NCBI RefSeq assembly: GCF_006345805.1
Contig: NC_043010.1
Location: 20,894,001 to 20,958,000 of the forward strand
Length of the DNA: 64,000 nt
From: Octopus sinensis
Lineage: Eukaryota
Reading direction: 5' to 3'
Positions within the stretch are counted from its first letter, which is position 1. The number at the start of each line of letters is the position of its first letter. A program made the translations under genes and the position numbers. The notes beneath the pieces are model-generated. The model did not search any database. It was not told where the DNA came from and saw nothing but the letters and a program-made list of their open reading frames with translations. Shown here one piece after another: positions 25,860-40,612 of this stretch.

Positions 25860-27010
25860 CTCAACTGCTTTTCGTTCGCGGGGGGTTGTACGAAGAGATC
25901 TCAGGAGTAGCCAGGGAAACGAGAAGGGAGCTTCAACTATGCGAACCTATTCGTTGGCTACTTTGAGGTCCAAATATTCTCACGATTCACTGGTCCCACT
26001 TCCGAACTAAATGGTCGTTATATTGATGACTGTAGCGGTGTAATCTCACTCTCCCGCGAACAGCTAGACTCCTTCATCTCTTTTGTCCAATCCTGCCATC
26101 CTGCCCTCGAATTCTCGAATTTCCAACATTTCCGTCGCATTTCTCGACATTTCGGTCAACATACACCACTCCGTTCTCATTACCTCAATCCACTACAAAC
26201 ACACCGACTCACACTCATACCTTAACTTCTCCTCTTCCCAACCTACCCACACCAAGCTCTCCATCTCCTACTCCCAATTCTTTCATCTGCGCAGGCTCAG
26301 CAGTAACAACCATAACTTTGAGACTCAGTCTCAACTCATGGCTCTCCACTTCATCCTTCGTGGATATCCCCTCCCACAATTCACACAGCCCTTGCCAGAG
26401 CACTTCCGTGGGCCGTGCATCTGCTCTCTCTCCTCGCACCCGACCCGCCGTTGACGGTTTTCCGTTTCCCCTCACCTATCACCCCACCACCCTGTCTCTC
26501 CACCTCGTACATCCTCCCCAACCTACCCCTTTCCTCTTTCAAACGAACCCACAATCTGCGTGAGTACCTGGTCCAAAGTTTCTTCCCTATCTCCACCTCC
26601 CAAACTGACTCGTTTCCCTGCTCCCGCCCACGCTGCCCCACTTGCCCCTACCTTTCCAACACTACCATCCTCACAGGGACCCATCGTCGTCCCTGTCATA
26701 TCACCGACTCCTTTACCTGCACTTCTAGCAACGTCGTTTACTGCATCTCCTGCTCTTTCTGGCCTTCCCTGTACATCGGCAAAACGGGACGTCGCTTTGC
26801 TGACCAGTTCGCAGAGCACTTCCAAGACGCCAGACTCGGCAATGACACCCCGGTCAGGTGCCATTTCCGCTCTACCAGTCATTCTCTACAACACCTGTCT
26901 GTGTTCGGATTGTCTTTGCACAGGGGCCATCTGGACTGTCACCTTCACCGTGAACAAGATTTAATCTTCTCTCCTCGCTCCTTTGCACCACATGGGCTCC
27001 TGTCTTCATC
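25860..27010 (+). pseudogene. Penelope-like element, 5'-truncated RT plus GIY-YIG endonuclease, degraded
   Basis: NYANLFVGYFE and GRYIDDC; HYKHTDSHSYLNFSS; Cys linker CSRPRCPTC; TCTSSNVVYCISC..LYIGKTGRRFADQFAEH. The Cys linker suggests the Neptune clade. Confidence 0.85.
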
Positions 27011-27257
27011 TAACTCCCCTTCTCTCTTCTCTTCATCTGACACCTACTTTCTCTCTTCACTCCTACCCTCCTCTCTTCTCTTGCTCTGACACATTCTTCT
27101 TCCTTTCACTCTCACCCACCTTCTCTCTTCATTGATACTCCCTCCACCCGCACCCGACCACCACACACCCCACACCGGATAGCCCACTCCTACCACCACA
27201 CCCACCACCACACCCACACCTACATCATCCCACCCCACCCCACCTTACACACCTATT

Positions 27258-27485
27258 TCTTTACTACCCACAAAGGGCTAAACACAGAGAGGACAAACAA
27301 GGACAGACAAACGGATTAAGTCGATTATATCGACCCCAGAGCGCAACTGATACTTAATTTATCGACCCCGAAACGATGAAAGGCAAAGTCTACCTCGGTG
27401 GAATTTGAACTCAGAACGTAACGGCAGACGAAATACCACTAAGCATTTCGCCCGGAGTGCTAACGATTCTGCTAGCTCCCCACCT
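27258..27485 (-). mobile_element. SINE family A copy
   Basis: Reverse complement of 155-380. Confidence 0.8.
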
Positions 27486-28309
27486 AATACACCTTGTTCA
27501 TACACCTGTCTTCGTCTTTTGTTTTTCTGTAAATTTCAATTAAGTATATATATATATGTGTGTGTGTGTGTGCTTGTCGTTATTGTTAGTGATATTTTTC
27601 TGATAATTTGCAAACGAAATCTTTGTGAATTAAATTATTTTAGAATGAATGAAACTAGAGATGTAAAGGAAGAATGAATGAAAGAGATGAGTGAATGACG
27701 TAACATATTAATAATTTTCCCCTTAATTGAAAAAGAAAACAACAACCCGGACGACCAATTAAGGAAGTTAATAAAATCTCATTGCTTTTAACGGTCGAAG
27801 AGAAGGAAATTTGTAAAGTCGCATTCTCTCTGTCATTTCTAATTCCAAAGTGTCAGGATATTTCTCAAATATGGTGTAACATAAGCTTTTAGGGGAATGC
27901 CTGTTGAGCTAGTGGGATCATAGTTATAAATGGTAACACTGAAGGATCGCCTTGAGCAATTATTGAACTTTAAATTTATTTTTTGTCAGTTTAGCAGGTT
28001 TTCTTCTAAAATTAGAATTCGCTATAAATTAACGACATTGTAATCTGATAGCATTTATTTGCATTAAGCAACATGAACCCTAACCATTTTAAGGATATTT
28101 AAGCCCCGTTTTTAGGAAGTCTAAAGTTACGATTCTGCATTTTCTTGTAAAGATATTCTGCATTTTCTATTCTAATGATTTCAGAATTTTGTGAGTTTGT
28201 TTTCGTAACTCTGTTTACACTACCACCACTGCAGATGCGATGAGCGTAGCGTAGCAATAACATGCGTTCTTTCTTCACCTTCTCTGACATTGTGTTCTAT
28301 CATTAAGGT

Positions 28310-28350
<41 letters not shown>

Positions 28351-28577
28351 ACACACACACACACACATCCTACATTATATCGGTACAACTAGATGAAACC
28401 ACAAGAAACCGAATCACCAGTCAACATCATTAGACTGTGGTCGGTATAATGGAATATGAGCTTCATTTGCATATTCCGAACGTTTCCCATAAACACATCT
28501 AATACATACGTACATACATACATACATACATACATACATACATACAGACAGACAGACATACATACACACATATAGAC

Positions 28578-28653
<76 letters not shown>

Positions 28654-30410
28654 GTATACATATCAGTAATGGCTACGAATTCCGTGAACAGCAATTACAA
28701 GACCTCTAAAAACTTCGGTTCTGGCACAGTGTGCACCTCCGCAGGGAGTGTCGATTTAATAGGGGGAGGAGGGAACATACATTGCTCGGTCTGAGATTCG
28801 AACCTGCGACTCCTCGACCACTGCTCTAACCACTAGGCCATGTGCCTCCACAGATACACACACACACACACACACGTATGTATGTATGTATGTATATATG
28901 CACGTGCATAACGCGTTCGTCACAGTCGATGTCGATCAAATTCTTCAGGCAAGGTAATTGACAACTTCGGACACACGCACCTAAAGTGCATGACTGAAGG
29001 ATCGAAACCGGAGCCACGCAGTTAGAAAAATGATATTTTAATTACATAGCCATAATATAAAGTCATTTAGCTGTTTGGAATCAATAAAGTTGTATAAAAA
29101 CCCTTGGTAACGTCAGAGGCCAGAAGCTGATTCTATATTTGGAACTGTTAATTAAGGACAATTCTTCGTTTAGTCCATTGAATAATAATGATCAACGGAC
29201 TAATTGTCTTCAAAGTATTGAAACAATAGATTCATCTCGATCATTACGTTGCTTCTTTTTGAGTTGTAAAGATCCCTCGGTTTATTTTGTCCCGTAGAGA
29301 CACTGTTATCGGTGATTCAGGCTGTGAAGCGAACGACAGGAGAGGCCCGAGCGATCGCTTCATGAATGAAACACTCGCTCAAAAATGTAGAACTGGGTTG
29401 GTAAGTTGTTATCTTTCTGCCTTCAAAGACATACAAGCACAGTAATATCCTATTATCAAAACTTTATTGTAGAAAGAACAAACAAACAAACAACGGCGAG
29501 AACAATAAAATTGCCTCTGTAAAACATAACTTATCTCGAATATAAAAATCTTGAGCAAATAAAAATTTCTATTAGCCTCTAATTAGAAATTTATCTCTCT
29601 TTAACAGTGAAAATAAAAATAATCACAAGAAAAACTATTTATCTAGTTCCTTTTTAAATACAGTAGAAAAGCCAGGTCAAATATCGATTCAATAATTCAA
29701 GATAAGCCGATCAATAACATTTTGAGCTGAGATCGCTGTTAAACTATGCCAGAAATTAATTTAACACTCCGATAGGACTGAATATTCATGGTTCACTAGA
29801 ACAGTAACAAAAATGAAATACTTGCTTCGCGATAAAAGAATGAAACGAAGAATGAAAGGAAAGAAAATGCAACGGTATAGAATTATTATTTTGTAACACT
29901 AGCACAAGGTCACATATCTGAGGGTGGAGCAAGTCCCTGGAACAAAGGCCAAGTTGACCTCGGCGGGATCTGAACTTAGAATGCAAATGACCGTAACAAA
30001 ATTCTGAAATTATTAATTAAAAAAAAATGTATTGAACAGCGTTCGAATGTTGCTTTAGTTGAGCGATATATTTCAAACAACGATTTTGATGCTACAAGTG
30101 GCAAGTGCTGTAGGGTAAGAGATAAGACGTTTTCTATGGGCTAAGTCGCCTATTCGGTTTCAAATTCAGGTTCAAACAAACTAGTGCTATTCATTCCTCC
30201 AATATCCTACATAAAAGACATGAAGATTCACAATCTTAAAACAATTCTTGTATAAATTTATCTTATCGTTTATTAATAAACCATTCCTTATTACATATGG
30301 AGGGGTAGGGATAACTTTTGACAAAAACCACATTGTCAACGAAATCTCATCTGCAATTACGGACAAAAACACTAAATAAATACTCGGTGCAAGATAACAG
30401 AATATGTTTA

Positions 30411-30470
<60 letters not shown>

Positions 30471-30906
30471 AGATGTCCGGGCAACGCCGGGTAGATTTAT
30501 TGGTTTGCATGTGTGTATCTGGGCACACACATACGCGCACGCACGCGCACACAGACGCACACCTGCATACACACATATAAGTATAAAATAGATTAATTTT
30601 AATCGGTTAATCATAACGATATCTGCTATGTTGAATTTATTTCTAGATTTCATGATACATTCCTATAAAATTCGTCCTACTTTGATAATTATACTTTTAT
30701 CAGCAATCTCATCAATGAGAGCCACTCTTTAGTTTTCTGCTAAATCAACGATATAATAGCTATTCGGTTCATAATGCGTTGCGTGTTGGAGCATCGATGA
30801 GCTGCGCAAAGAACACAACGAAAAACAATACTAATTCTAGATCGATAACATATCAACATACATACATGTATGTAAGTACACACACACACACACACACACA
30901 TACACA

Positions 30907-30962
<56 letters not shown>

Positions 30963-32145
30963 TGGAAGATAAACTTGCGTAAACGTTTTAGAGAATACTT
31001 TTCGTTTCGTGTTACACTAAACAGAACAGAACATTTTCTCTCTCAGAAGCAATTTTCAAAAGGAAAACGACGCTGAGTCAACGTTTTCCTGTGTCTCTCT
31101 ATAACCTGGTGTTAGATCACATCTGAATGTGTTGTCTTACACTCTTCTGTATATGGGAAACCAGTTAGGCACAGTGCACGGTTTATCCTCTCCAGGCTAT
31201 AACCACATCAGATCTGTTGGCTTTTGGTTTAGCTCTAGGTCAGCCCTAATCAAGAGGGTCCATAATGAAGAGCATCCTAGCAGTAACCACACTACCTTTA
31301 CATAATATAATATATGTACCAGCACACACGAGACTGAGACATGGCCGACCTCACACACTTCTCATGAGGAATTCCGGAAGGAGCATCATGAGACCACTGC
31401 TGAAACGCTTCCACAAAATAAAAAAGAAAAGCCGTTAGAAAGCCGATTGTAGCAGCGACTCTTCAAAGAATATCTGAAGAAGGAATATTATTCCGAAATA
31501 TCATATCAGACTATGGATGACTAAATTACAACAGTTCTTATAGTCCATTGTCTATATCATAGTGCACTGTTGTACCATTCAAAACTTTTTATTCGTTTTA
31601 ATATATTCTTGCATTTTTTCTGAGAAGTCAGGCTGTGATCTGACGTAAATTTGTCTTTGTTGTTTAGCTGTTTGAGGGACAGCATAGAAATGCCACAGTT
31701 GGTTCGGCAAGACATTGTGAATGAAGAAGAAAATCAATCAAATATGGAGAGAAATATGGGTGAATTTAGCTACCTTATTACCCATTTGTTGCTTGGCTTC
31801 GTAGATTAGGTCGCTAGAAATTAACAAATTTTATGATGCATAGTTAGCAATGCTGGTGAAAAAGTACAAAATTAACACCATTCACTTCGGAGGACTAACT
31901 ATATTAAGCGAAGTATCTCTTTTTCATGCCCAATGAGATTAAAAACAGAACGGATCTGAGGGAAAATTAATGTCTATATTGATAGTTGTACATCGTACTG
32001 AATAATGCAAGTATATTCTTTTATGAATTATAATTCAAATTATTTTGTCTCTATGTAAGGGTTTGGAGCACTTTGTGGTTTTGGCATTAAGTTCAAAACA
32101 TGTTTATCAGAATCTGAGATGATGAAAAATTATATAAATTTTCCT

Positions 32146-32146
<1 letters not shown>

Positions 32147-32178
<32 letters not shown>

Positions 32179-32550
32179 GTTTAACGTCCGCTTTCCATGC
32201 TAGCATGGGTTGGACGATTTTGACTGAGGGCTGGCGAACGAGAGGGCTGCACCAGGCTCCAATCTTGATCTGGCAGAGTTTCTACAACTGGATGCCCTTC
32301 CTAATGCCAACCACCCCGAGAGTGTAGTGGGTGCTTTTTACTTGCCACCGGCACGGGGGCCAGTCAGGCGGTATTGGCAACGACCTCTCTCGAATCCTTT
32401 TACACATGCCACCAGCACAGGTGCCCGTAAGGCGACTTTGGTAACGATCACGCACGAAATGGTGCTCTTTTACGTGCCACTGGCACGGAAGCCAGTTGGC
32501 TGCTCTGACAACGATCACACTCGGATGGTGCTCTTGACGCCCTACTAGCA
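32147..32550 (-). mobile_element. SINE-like repeat (family C) with (GAT)n tail
   Basis: GC-richer non-coding block with internal subrepeats (tgccac/tggcacg) ending in ...gcggacgttaaacg(atg)n on the minus strand. Confidence 0.6.
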
Positions 32551-32569
32551 TGGGCCTATGGTGTTTGGA

Positions 32570-33090
32570 AACCAGAAATGGTTATGTGAAGCTGGAGATA
32601 CATAATATGACAATCAGGTGGAAAGAGTGCTGGAATCGGAGAAATTCAAAATTTTATGGGATTTTCCTATTCAAACGGATAAGACTAGAAAACAATAGAC
32701 TAGATATAACATTAATAGACAAAGAAAAGCGAAGTTGCTTACAAATTGATCCACCATGTGCGTTTGATTTCAGGATTGTAAAGAAAAGGGATGAAAAAAT
32801 ATCTGACCCCTTAAAATTTGAAATTGCAAGAATTTGGAGCAGGAAAACTGTAAAGATTGTGTCTGTAGTGATTGGTGCATTGGGAATTGTAAGTAAAGAT
32901 AAATCCAAATGGTTGAAGGAGATTGGAATAAAATGTCCTGTAGAACTTCTATAGAAAGTTTGTCTCTTAGGGACAGCAAGAATTATCAGGAGGGTTCTAA
33001 GCACTTGAAAGACTATTGAAAGCTATTGGATACCTAAGATTACAGGTAGTAATCCGCTCGCTACCACATGAATCCTGCCAGGAATAAGAA
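32570..33090 (+). pseudogene. R4/Dong-clade non-LTR retrotransposon 3' fragment (restriction-like endonuclease domain)
   Basis: KILWDFPIQTD in an alternate frame, then NNRLDITLIDKEKRSCLQID (R-P-D..D motif), KFEIARIW, VVIGALG and KVCLLGTARIIRRVL. Confidence 0.8.
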
Positions 33091-33651
33091 CGAGCTTTCT
33101 TCTTCTTTTTCTTTTGCCCATCAAAGATTACACTGACCAGAGTGTCATTCATTTTGGAAAACAGTAATATGTGCTTGATGGGAAGTTGGCTTGCGGGTTC
33201 TTACAGACTTAGAGACCTAGTAGAAACCTCACTACTGGCCGGACTATGCATACTAGGTATCTAGTTAATGGCGTTGATAGGAATCGAGACATAAAGAGAT
33301 ATAACTGTACCGTTACATCAGGACAGATCAGGTGTGTTTGGTTTTACAATCATGGAATTGATAAAAATCTGTTGATATCTCGGGGCAGTTTGCAATTAGA
33401 TGAAATTCACCGGTAGCCTTTAACCAATCACGTATTTATGGTCACCTCTAGCTCTTTAACAGAGCGTTTGTGAAATTTAGCCAATTAGTAGTCTCACTGT
33501 TGTGACCTCGTTAATGGAGATTACATTTGAAAACAAAAAGCAAAGCAAAGACAGAAATCTTGAGAAAATTAACAAGTATCGTGATGAAAATGCGAATTTC
33601 GTGGGTTCGCACCCCATACTGGCCAATCAAATCAAATCTAATATTTATAGA

Positions 33652-33811
33652 CACAGGCGTGGGTGTGTGTTAAGAAGTTTGCTCCTCAATCACATAGTTC
33701 CGTGTTCAGTCCCACTGCGTGGCACCTTGGGCTAGTGTCTTCTACTATAGTCTCAGGCCGACCAAAGCCTTGTTAGTGAATTTGGTTGACGGAAACTGAA
33801 AGAAGCCCGTC

Positions 33812-33878
<67 letters not shown>

Positions 33879-34085
33879 TGTGAGCATCTGTGTTTGTCCC
33901 TTCCAACATTGCTTGACAACCGATGTTGGTGTGTTTAGGTCCCCGTAACTTAGGGGTTCGGCAAAAGAAACCAACGGAATAAGTACTAGGCTTACAAAAA
34001 AATAAGTTCTACGGTCGATTTGCTCGACTAAGGGCGGTGCTCCAGCATGACCGAATTCAAATGACTGAAACAAGTAAAAGAATAA
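33652..34085 (+). mobile_element. SINE family B
   Basis: Homologous to 48594-48992. Confidence 0.85.
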
Positions 34086-34258
34086 AAAATACACACGCAC
34101 GCGCGCGCGCACACACACACACATCCGAGGATGTAAAGAATGGAACCGGTATTCTTTATATTCTCGGACTGTTATTCGCATTTGGATGTGCAATGGCCCA
34201 GTGGTAGGGCAGCGGTCTTGCGGTTTCGATTCCCAGAATCCAATTTAATACGTTCGTT

Positions 34259-34985
34259 AAGGTGGCGAGCTGGCAGAAACATTAGCACGCCGGGCGAAAT
34301 GCTTAGCAGTATTTCGTCTGTCTTTTCGTTCTGAGTTCAAATTCCGCGGAGGTCGACTTTGCCTGTCATCATTTCGGGGTCGATAAATTAAGTACCAGTT
34401 ACGTACTTGGATCGATGTAACCGAATACCCTACCTCCCAAATTTCAGGCCTTGTGCTTAGAATAGAAAAGAATATTTAAAGACGGTGAGCTGGCAGGAAC
34501 GTTAGCACGCCGGGCGAAATGCTGTGCAGTATTTCATCTGCCGTTACGTTCTGAGTTCAAATTCCGCCGAGGTCGACTTTGCCTTTCATCCTTTCGGGGT
34601 AGATAAATTAAGTACCAGTTACGCACTGGGGTCGATGTAATCGACTTAATACCTATGTCTGTCCTTCTTCGTCCCCTCTATGTTTAGCACCTTGTGGGTA
34701 ATAAAGAAATAGGTATTTCGTCTGCCGTTACGTTCTGATTTCAAATTCCGCCGAGGTCGACTTTGCCTTTCATCCTTTCGAGGTCGATTAAATAAGTACC
34801 AGTTACAAACTGGGGTCGATATAATCGACTTAATCCGTTTGTCTGTCCTTGTTTGTCCTCTCTGTGTTTAGCCCCTTGTGGATAGTAAAGAAATAGGTAT
34901 TTCGTCTGTCTTTGCGTACGGGGATCGATCTAATCGACTGGCCCCATCCCCCACAATTTCAGGCCTTGTACCTAGAGTAGAAAAG
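34259..34985 (+). mobile_element. tandem cluster of SINE family A units
   Basis: Two heads (34259, ~34480) and three complete central domains (gtcgactttgcc...aagtaccagtt). Confidence 0.85.
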
Positions 34986-35358
34986 AATACACTTTGTGAG
35001 TAATACGTGCATTTTTGGAAAAGATGTTGCCTTATGTATTTGTTGCATTGGATTTTTGTCCAAATTCATCGCTAGTTTAATCTGCTGCTGTTAGGATATC
35101 CTTCGTTAATTAAGGTGAGTTTTATTCTGTAAATTTCTTTACCTCTTATTATATTTGCGGAAGAGGATCTAACTGCCCTACTCAGCAGTGATTTTTATCA
35201 TAGGCTTTTACTTATGTGGGCGTTTCCTATCTCCGTGTAGCCATATGCATTTGCTTGTGTCTACGACGGCCTCTGACGTTTTTGATCTGAATGCTTATAC
35301 TTAGAATTGGAGTCGTCTCAGTATTGTTTAGTTCTCAGTTGTTCTCAGATCAACTCAG

Positions 35359-35451
<93 letters not shown>

Positions 35452-36295
35452 GATCTAGCTATCTTTCTATCTGTGTGTCTGGTTGCATGCCTGTCTATCT
35501 ATGTTTGACATTTTGTACGTGAATGTGTACAGTTCGAATTATAAAAAAAATATTTTCATACCCAGGGTATATAATTTTGTTTTTCCTTTGTAATTGTTGT
35601 AATTATTTCCGGTATCTTTATTAAATATTACGTACGTAAGACTTTCTAGCACACAGTCTTAATCCTCTCCTACGTATCGAACGTTCCTGTCTGGACTCAT
35701 TGATTAAACATGGTATGCGAATTCCTTAACTTCTCTTTAGAAAGAATTCGAAGTAGATTCCCTTGAACATAGCGTGGTCCTATTTAAATAAAACCCTGAA
35801 GCCTACTCTTATATACATAAGACAATTGCCTGTTCGATCCTGTTTTGAGGCCCAGGATCGATAAGAAATTCGTATTCTATATTTCCAGCTAGTATATCAA
35901 TTAATATATAAATTAAATGCGAAACATTTCATGAGAATATCTGAAATCCAAATAAACACTAAAACTTAGTCTATCAATTATTATATTTAGATTATGAAAA
36001 AGAAATATTCATAAAAATACGTTTTTTGTTTTATAAGTCTGCTTCTTCTTAATCCAACGTCTGCGAGCTAATTGGTGTCTCGATTTCTTTATTTAAATAA
36101 TAGGCTAATTTAATTAGCGATGACGTTATACGCAATCTTAACTAATTTATTTTATGTCCATCTTCCTTCCTCTTATCATATTGCACCTCTTTTCCCCTGT
36201 TCTTCTTTCTTTCTCTATTTCTTCGCTAATATTTGTCTTTTTACTTCTGTCTGCTTTATACACACAATAATATATATATATATACACATACAAAT

Positions 36296-36328
<33 letters not shown>

Positions 36329-36434
36329 ACACACACACATATATATATATATATATGTATATGTAAATATATTTGTATATATATGTATATGTAATATATT
36401 TGTATATATATGTATATGTAATATATTTGTATAT

Positions 36435-36505
<71 letters not shown>

Positions 36506-36511
36506 ATATAT

Positions 36512-37320
36512 ATACAAGAGGCGATGGGGAAATTGTCGCGATTTTATTTCGCGCATGCGAATTGTTTGTGTTTGATTTCGTCGACTACACAGTATAGTAG
36601 GGTCAGTTAGGCACCCTCTGCGAGAGAAACAGCACCACGACGCAATTCACTCTGCCAGAAATTTGAAAACGACATGCTGTACTGCTTGGCATTCGCGCTA
36701 GAAGCTCCAATACGAACATTCTAGATTCTATAGGGGTCAATCCGAGGACAGTGCATTCTGAGGACATGTACTGAGAATGATAGAAATCAAACATCCAGTC
36801 AACATCATGGTGTTTGGAGTGATCACTAGAGAGGGTGACGATATGCCTACTTTCATCTTCTCACACAGCCTCAGGCTCAACACGGAAGCCTATATCAAGT
36901 GCCTGGTGGACGTAGTGCTGCCCTGGGTCAAGATAATGGCTGCTGGAAGACCCTATGCTAAGTAACAGGACTCTGCACCGTGCTACACAAGCAGCAGAAA
37001 CAAGTCATGGCTGTCAGACAATTTCTGCAACCACACCACTCCTAACATCTGGTCAGCTAATTCCCCGGACTGCAACCTCCTTGAGGATTGCGTGTGGGGC
37101 GCTGTTGAGCGAGAGACCAACAAAACTCCTTGTAACACCAAAGATGAACTGAAGGCAAGGATTATAGCAGCATTCACCAACTTAAACAAGGAGACCGCCC
37201 AGAAGAGTTGAAAAGGATTCCGAAGTTGCCTGAAAGCCTTGGTTGGAGCCAATGGAGATTATATTGAATAAATTTACTCTGTAGTATTTCAAGATATTTT
37301 TATGTAATTTTGGTAAATAC
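36512..37320 (+). mobile_element. Tc1/mariner DNA transposon, maT (DD37D-like), internally deleted
   Basis: Starts TA-CAAGAGGCGATG. Reads KHPVNIMVFGVI, then QDSAPC...WSANSPDCNLLE with 37 residues between the acidic positions, then VWGAVE...GANGDYIE*. Confidence 0.8.
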
Positions 37321-37523
37321 ATGGATGTTTGATTTCTATCATTCTCAGTACATGTCCTCAGATTGCACTGTCCTCGGATTGACCGCCATAGAATCTAGAA
37401 TGTTCGTATTGGAGCTTCTAGCACGAATGCCAAGCAGTACAGCATGTCGTTTTCAAATTTCTGGCAGAGTGAATTGCGTCGTGGTGTTGTTTCTCTCGCA
37501 GAGGGTGCCTAACTGACTCTACT

Positions 37524-37808
37524 GGGCGAAATGGCCCAGTGGTTAGGGCAGCGGACTCGCGGTCGTAGGATCGCGGTTTCGATTCCCAGACCGGGCGTTG
37601 TGAGTGTGGATTGAGCGAAAACACCTAAAAGCTGCACGAGGCTCCGGCAGGGGATGGTGATCCCTGCTGTACTCTTTCACCACTCTTTCTCCCACTCTTT
37701 CTTCTGTTGGCCTGCTCGCTTAGCCAGCGGGGTGGCGTCATTCGAAGGCTAAAACAATGTGAATGCATTGTGACCAGCGATGTGTAACTACATCTGATGG
37801 ACTGGTCG
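37524..37808 (+). mobile_element. tRNA-derived SINE (family D)
   Basis: A box tggcccagtgg and B box gtttcgattcc; the 3' part matches 23090-23170 (minus). Confidence 0.75.
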
Positions 37809-37919
37809 TGCTGTTTTTCTTTTCTGCTGTTTTTATATCTATTAAGATGAGATGTCTGTGTTGTTTTCATTTTTGTGTAATTTAGACAATAATATACTCA
37901 CCGCACCCTGTATGCATGT

Positions 37920-37966
<47 letters not shown>

Positions 37967-38234
37967 CATATATATATATATACATAAATATCTACATGCA
38001 TATACATGCGTACCTACATATATATATATATACATACTTGGAAATGCATACATTAAGGAAGCAAGGGCGAAAACGACCTCGCCCTTGCACCCGTAATATA
38101 ATTATATAGATAGATATGTACATTATAATTAATTTAACGTATAAATTGCCTATAAATTTGTATAGCATGCTGAGTACCTGTTAAAAACCATTCACGAGAT
38201 TTTTATCCTTATATTCTATTAGAATTTATATATA

Positions 38235-38300
<66 letters not shown>

Positions 38301-38717
38301 ATATATACATGCATATATGGGTGCAGAACGTCACCAACGGTGCAAATAACATGAAATACGTAAACAACAAGAAAAAATGGAAAATAGAACAAGTAAACAC
38401 AGAAAAAGGACCCTTCATCAATTGTCGGCTGTCTATCTACTCCTCATTTCGAGTCTTCAACGACAATATGAGTCTTCAAAGAGAGTTGCTCCTATAAATT
38501 CTAAAATAAAATTTAGGATTTATGGAGGGTCAAAGTTGGGAACAAAAATATGAGTGGAGACAAACAAGGAAACCGAACGAAAATAAACATGGAGTATCCT
38601 TTGACAAGAATTAAGAACACCAATATAGGATCTCTTACTTTTTGCCCACAACGGGAGGGTCACACATCTTGACATTTTTTCTGAAACAAGTATTATATTT
38701 TACATTCGAAGTTTTTA

Positions 38718-38803
38718 ATTCACCCGAAGAAAACATTTTTGTTCTTCATGATATAATCAGGTTATTCATCAATAAAAACTTGTCTGAAACAGCTGTAGTG
38801 AAT
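38718..38803 (+). ncRNA. type-I hammerhead motif with U4C substitution
   Basis: attcac CCGAAGA [~55-nt imperfect stem II] GAAA cagctg TA gtgaat; perfect 6-bp stem I and palindromic stem III. Confidence 0.65.
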
Positions 38804-39013
38804 CTCGACCTATGTGCAAGTGTGGTTGTGTGGTAAGCAGCTTGCGTCTGAACCACATTATTCCAGGTTCAGTCCTACAGTGTGGCACCTTGGGCAAGTG
38901 TCTTTTACTATAGTTTCGAGCCAACCAAAGTATTGTGAGTGGATTTGATAGCTAGAAACTGAAAGAAACCCATATATATATATATATATAATATATATAT
39001 ATATATATGTGTG

Positions 39014-39045
<32 letters not shown>

Positions 39046-39352
39046 AATAATTTGGAACAAACAACACCCCTACACCTGGTCGGCTAGCTCCCCAGATTGA
39101 AGCCCTCTTGATTATTATATGTAGATCGCATTTGAGTGAGAGACCAACAAAACTCTTTGTAATACCAAAGATGAACTGAAGGCAAGAATTATGGCAACAT
39201 TCACCAACTTAAACAAGGAGACTGTCCAGAAGGGTTGCAAAGGATTTCGAAGTCGTTATTGAAGCCAACGGCGATTTTTTTCTTTTCATTTTCTACATAT
39301 TAAAGTAACTTGCCTTTTATTCAACGGTTTTTCATTGCGTCGGTTACCATTA

Positions 39353-39411
39353 ACAGCCGACGAGTATGCATCGTAGTTCTACGCTCCGACATTTGAAACT
39401 CCGAGTACTAT
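39353..39411 (+). ncRNA. degenerate hammerhead motif
   Basis: acag CCGACGA [gtatg..cgtag tt ctacg..cattt] GAAA ctccgag TA ctat; weak stem I. Confidence 0.4.
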
Positions 39412-39500
39412 AATAACAACCTTTTAACTGTTTGTTCTAAATTATAGCATATATAATCCTCTATTTATCTAATATCGAAGTCTCATTCTTTTGTTGTTAC

Positions 39501-39566
<66 letters not shown>

Positions 39567-39657
39567 GCAAAAATAGAAGAGCGCCATTGCTACCAAGTGA
39601 ACAATATTTAGACATCACGTGTGTCTTCCACATGTTTAAAAGATAAACTTGTCAACC

Positions 39658-39695
<38 letters not shown>

Positions 39696-39971
39696 TTGCA
39701 CTCACGACTGCGAAGTCGCGGGTTCGATTCCCAGATTGGATGGTGCGTTGTGTTCTTGAGCAAAGCGCTTCATTTTCCGTTGCTCTGCGACCATTTCATC
39801 ATCTGATATGTGGCACATGGTACACCTGTACAGGTAATGTCGATCTGATGGAGAGAGTGATGAACTTATGTCTACACAAGAATTAGATCACTATAAACAA
39901 ATCATCTGTCTGGTTGTTCGACAACAAATTGCCGAAGCCTTATACGTCGTTTAACGACGGGAGAGTCCATG

Positions 39972-40006
<35 letters not shown>

Positions 40007-40017
40007 ATATTATATAA

Positions 40018-40570
40018 AAGGGCTTAGTAAAATAAATTACTTTGCCGCATACTGAACTCATTAGAAATAGCAGCTAAAAAAACTTTTTTAAAAACTATTT
40101 CTAATACTTAAAGAAAACCTCTCTCATATAGTGTTTGCTCAACTCAACTCACGCAAATATGGGGGTAGAGACATTAAAAAATCAAGTGCAAAGGTTATTT
40201 GAGAACGTACGTTTCAAGATTAGTCAAAGTCGACATTTCTATCATCAGCTCAGAACTCCCTGGTTTGGATTTGAAAACACTGAAAGTGGGAACATACCCT
40301 TTCGGCTTCCTCTCGCTTCTGAAGATCTGCTCGTAACTAACAGTGCCAACAAACTCAAAAATGCAAGCGAAGAATTTCTGCTCTCCCCTTTCCACCAGCG
40401 TGGGTTAAAATCAGCAAACACTATGCTTTTTTCGGTAAAATCCGCGGCATTATATAGAGAGAGATGAATTATAATTTCAACAATTGAGGGTAAAATTAAT
40501 TAATTAATCAATTTCACCAAGTATTCAGTATGCAAAGGGACCATTTTAGGCGAATTCAAATTATTATTGT
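40018..40570 (-). mobile_element. ~550-bp HHR-bearing unit related to 1884-2560
   Basis: Shares tagaaatagcag.taaa and gggtaaaattaattaattaat..ccaagta.ttc.gtatg with the first unit; (TA)n on both sides. Confidence 0.65.
40200..40252 (-). ncRNA. type-I hammerhead ribozyme
   Basis: UGAG CUGAUGA [UAGA aau GUC gacuuu GAC uaa UCUU] GAAA CGUACG UU CUCA; intact core. Confidence 0.7.
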
Positions 40571-40572
40571 TG

Positions 40573-40612
<40 letters not shown>

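Noticed and set aside
31330-31640. Possible mariner remnant (HGRPHT resembles HARPH)
   Set aside because: Too degraded; no second motif or TIR could be confirmed.
37524-37600. tRNA-like sequence (also 28790-28850 and 44692-44760)
   Set aside because: A/B boxes are present but there is no complete cloverleaf and the sequence continues into a repeat body, so these are SINE heads, not tRNA genes.
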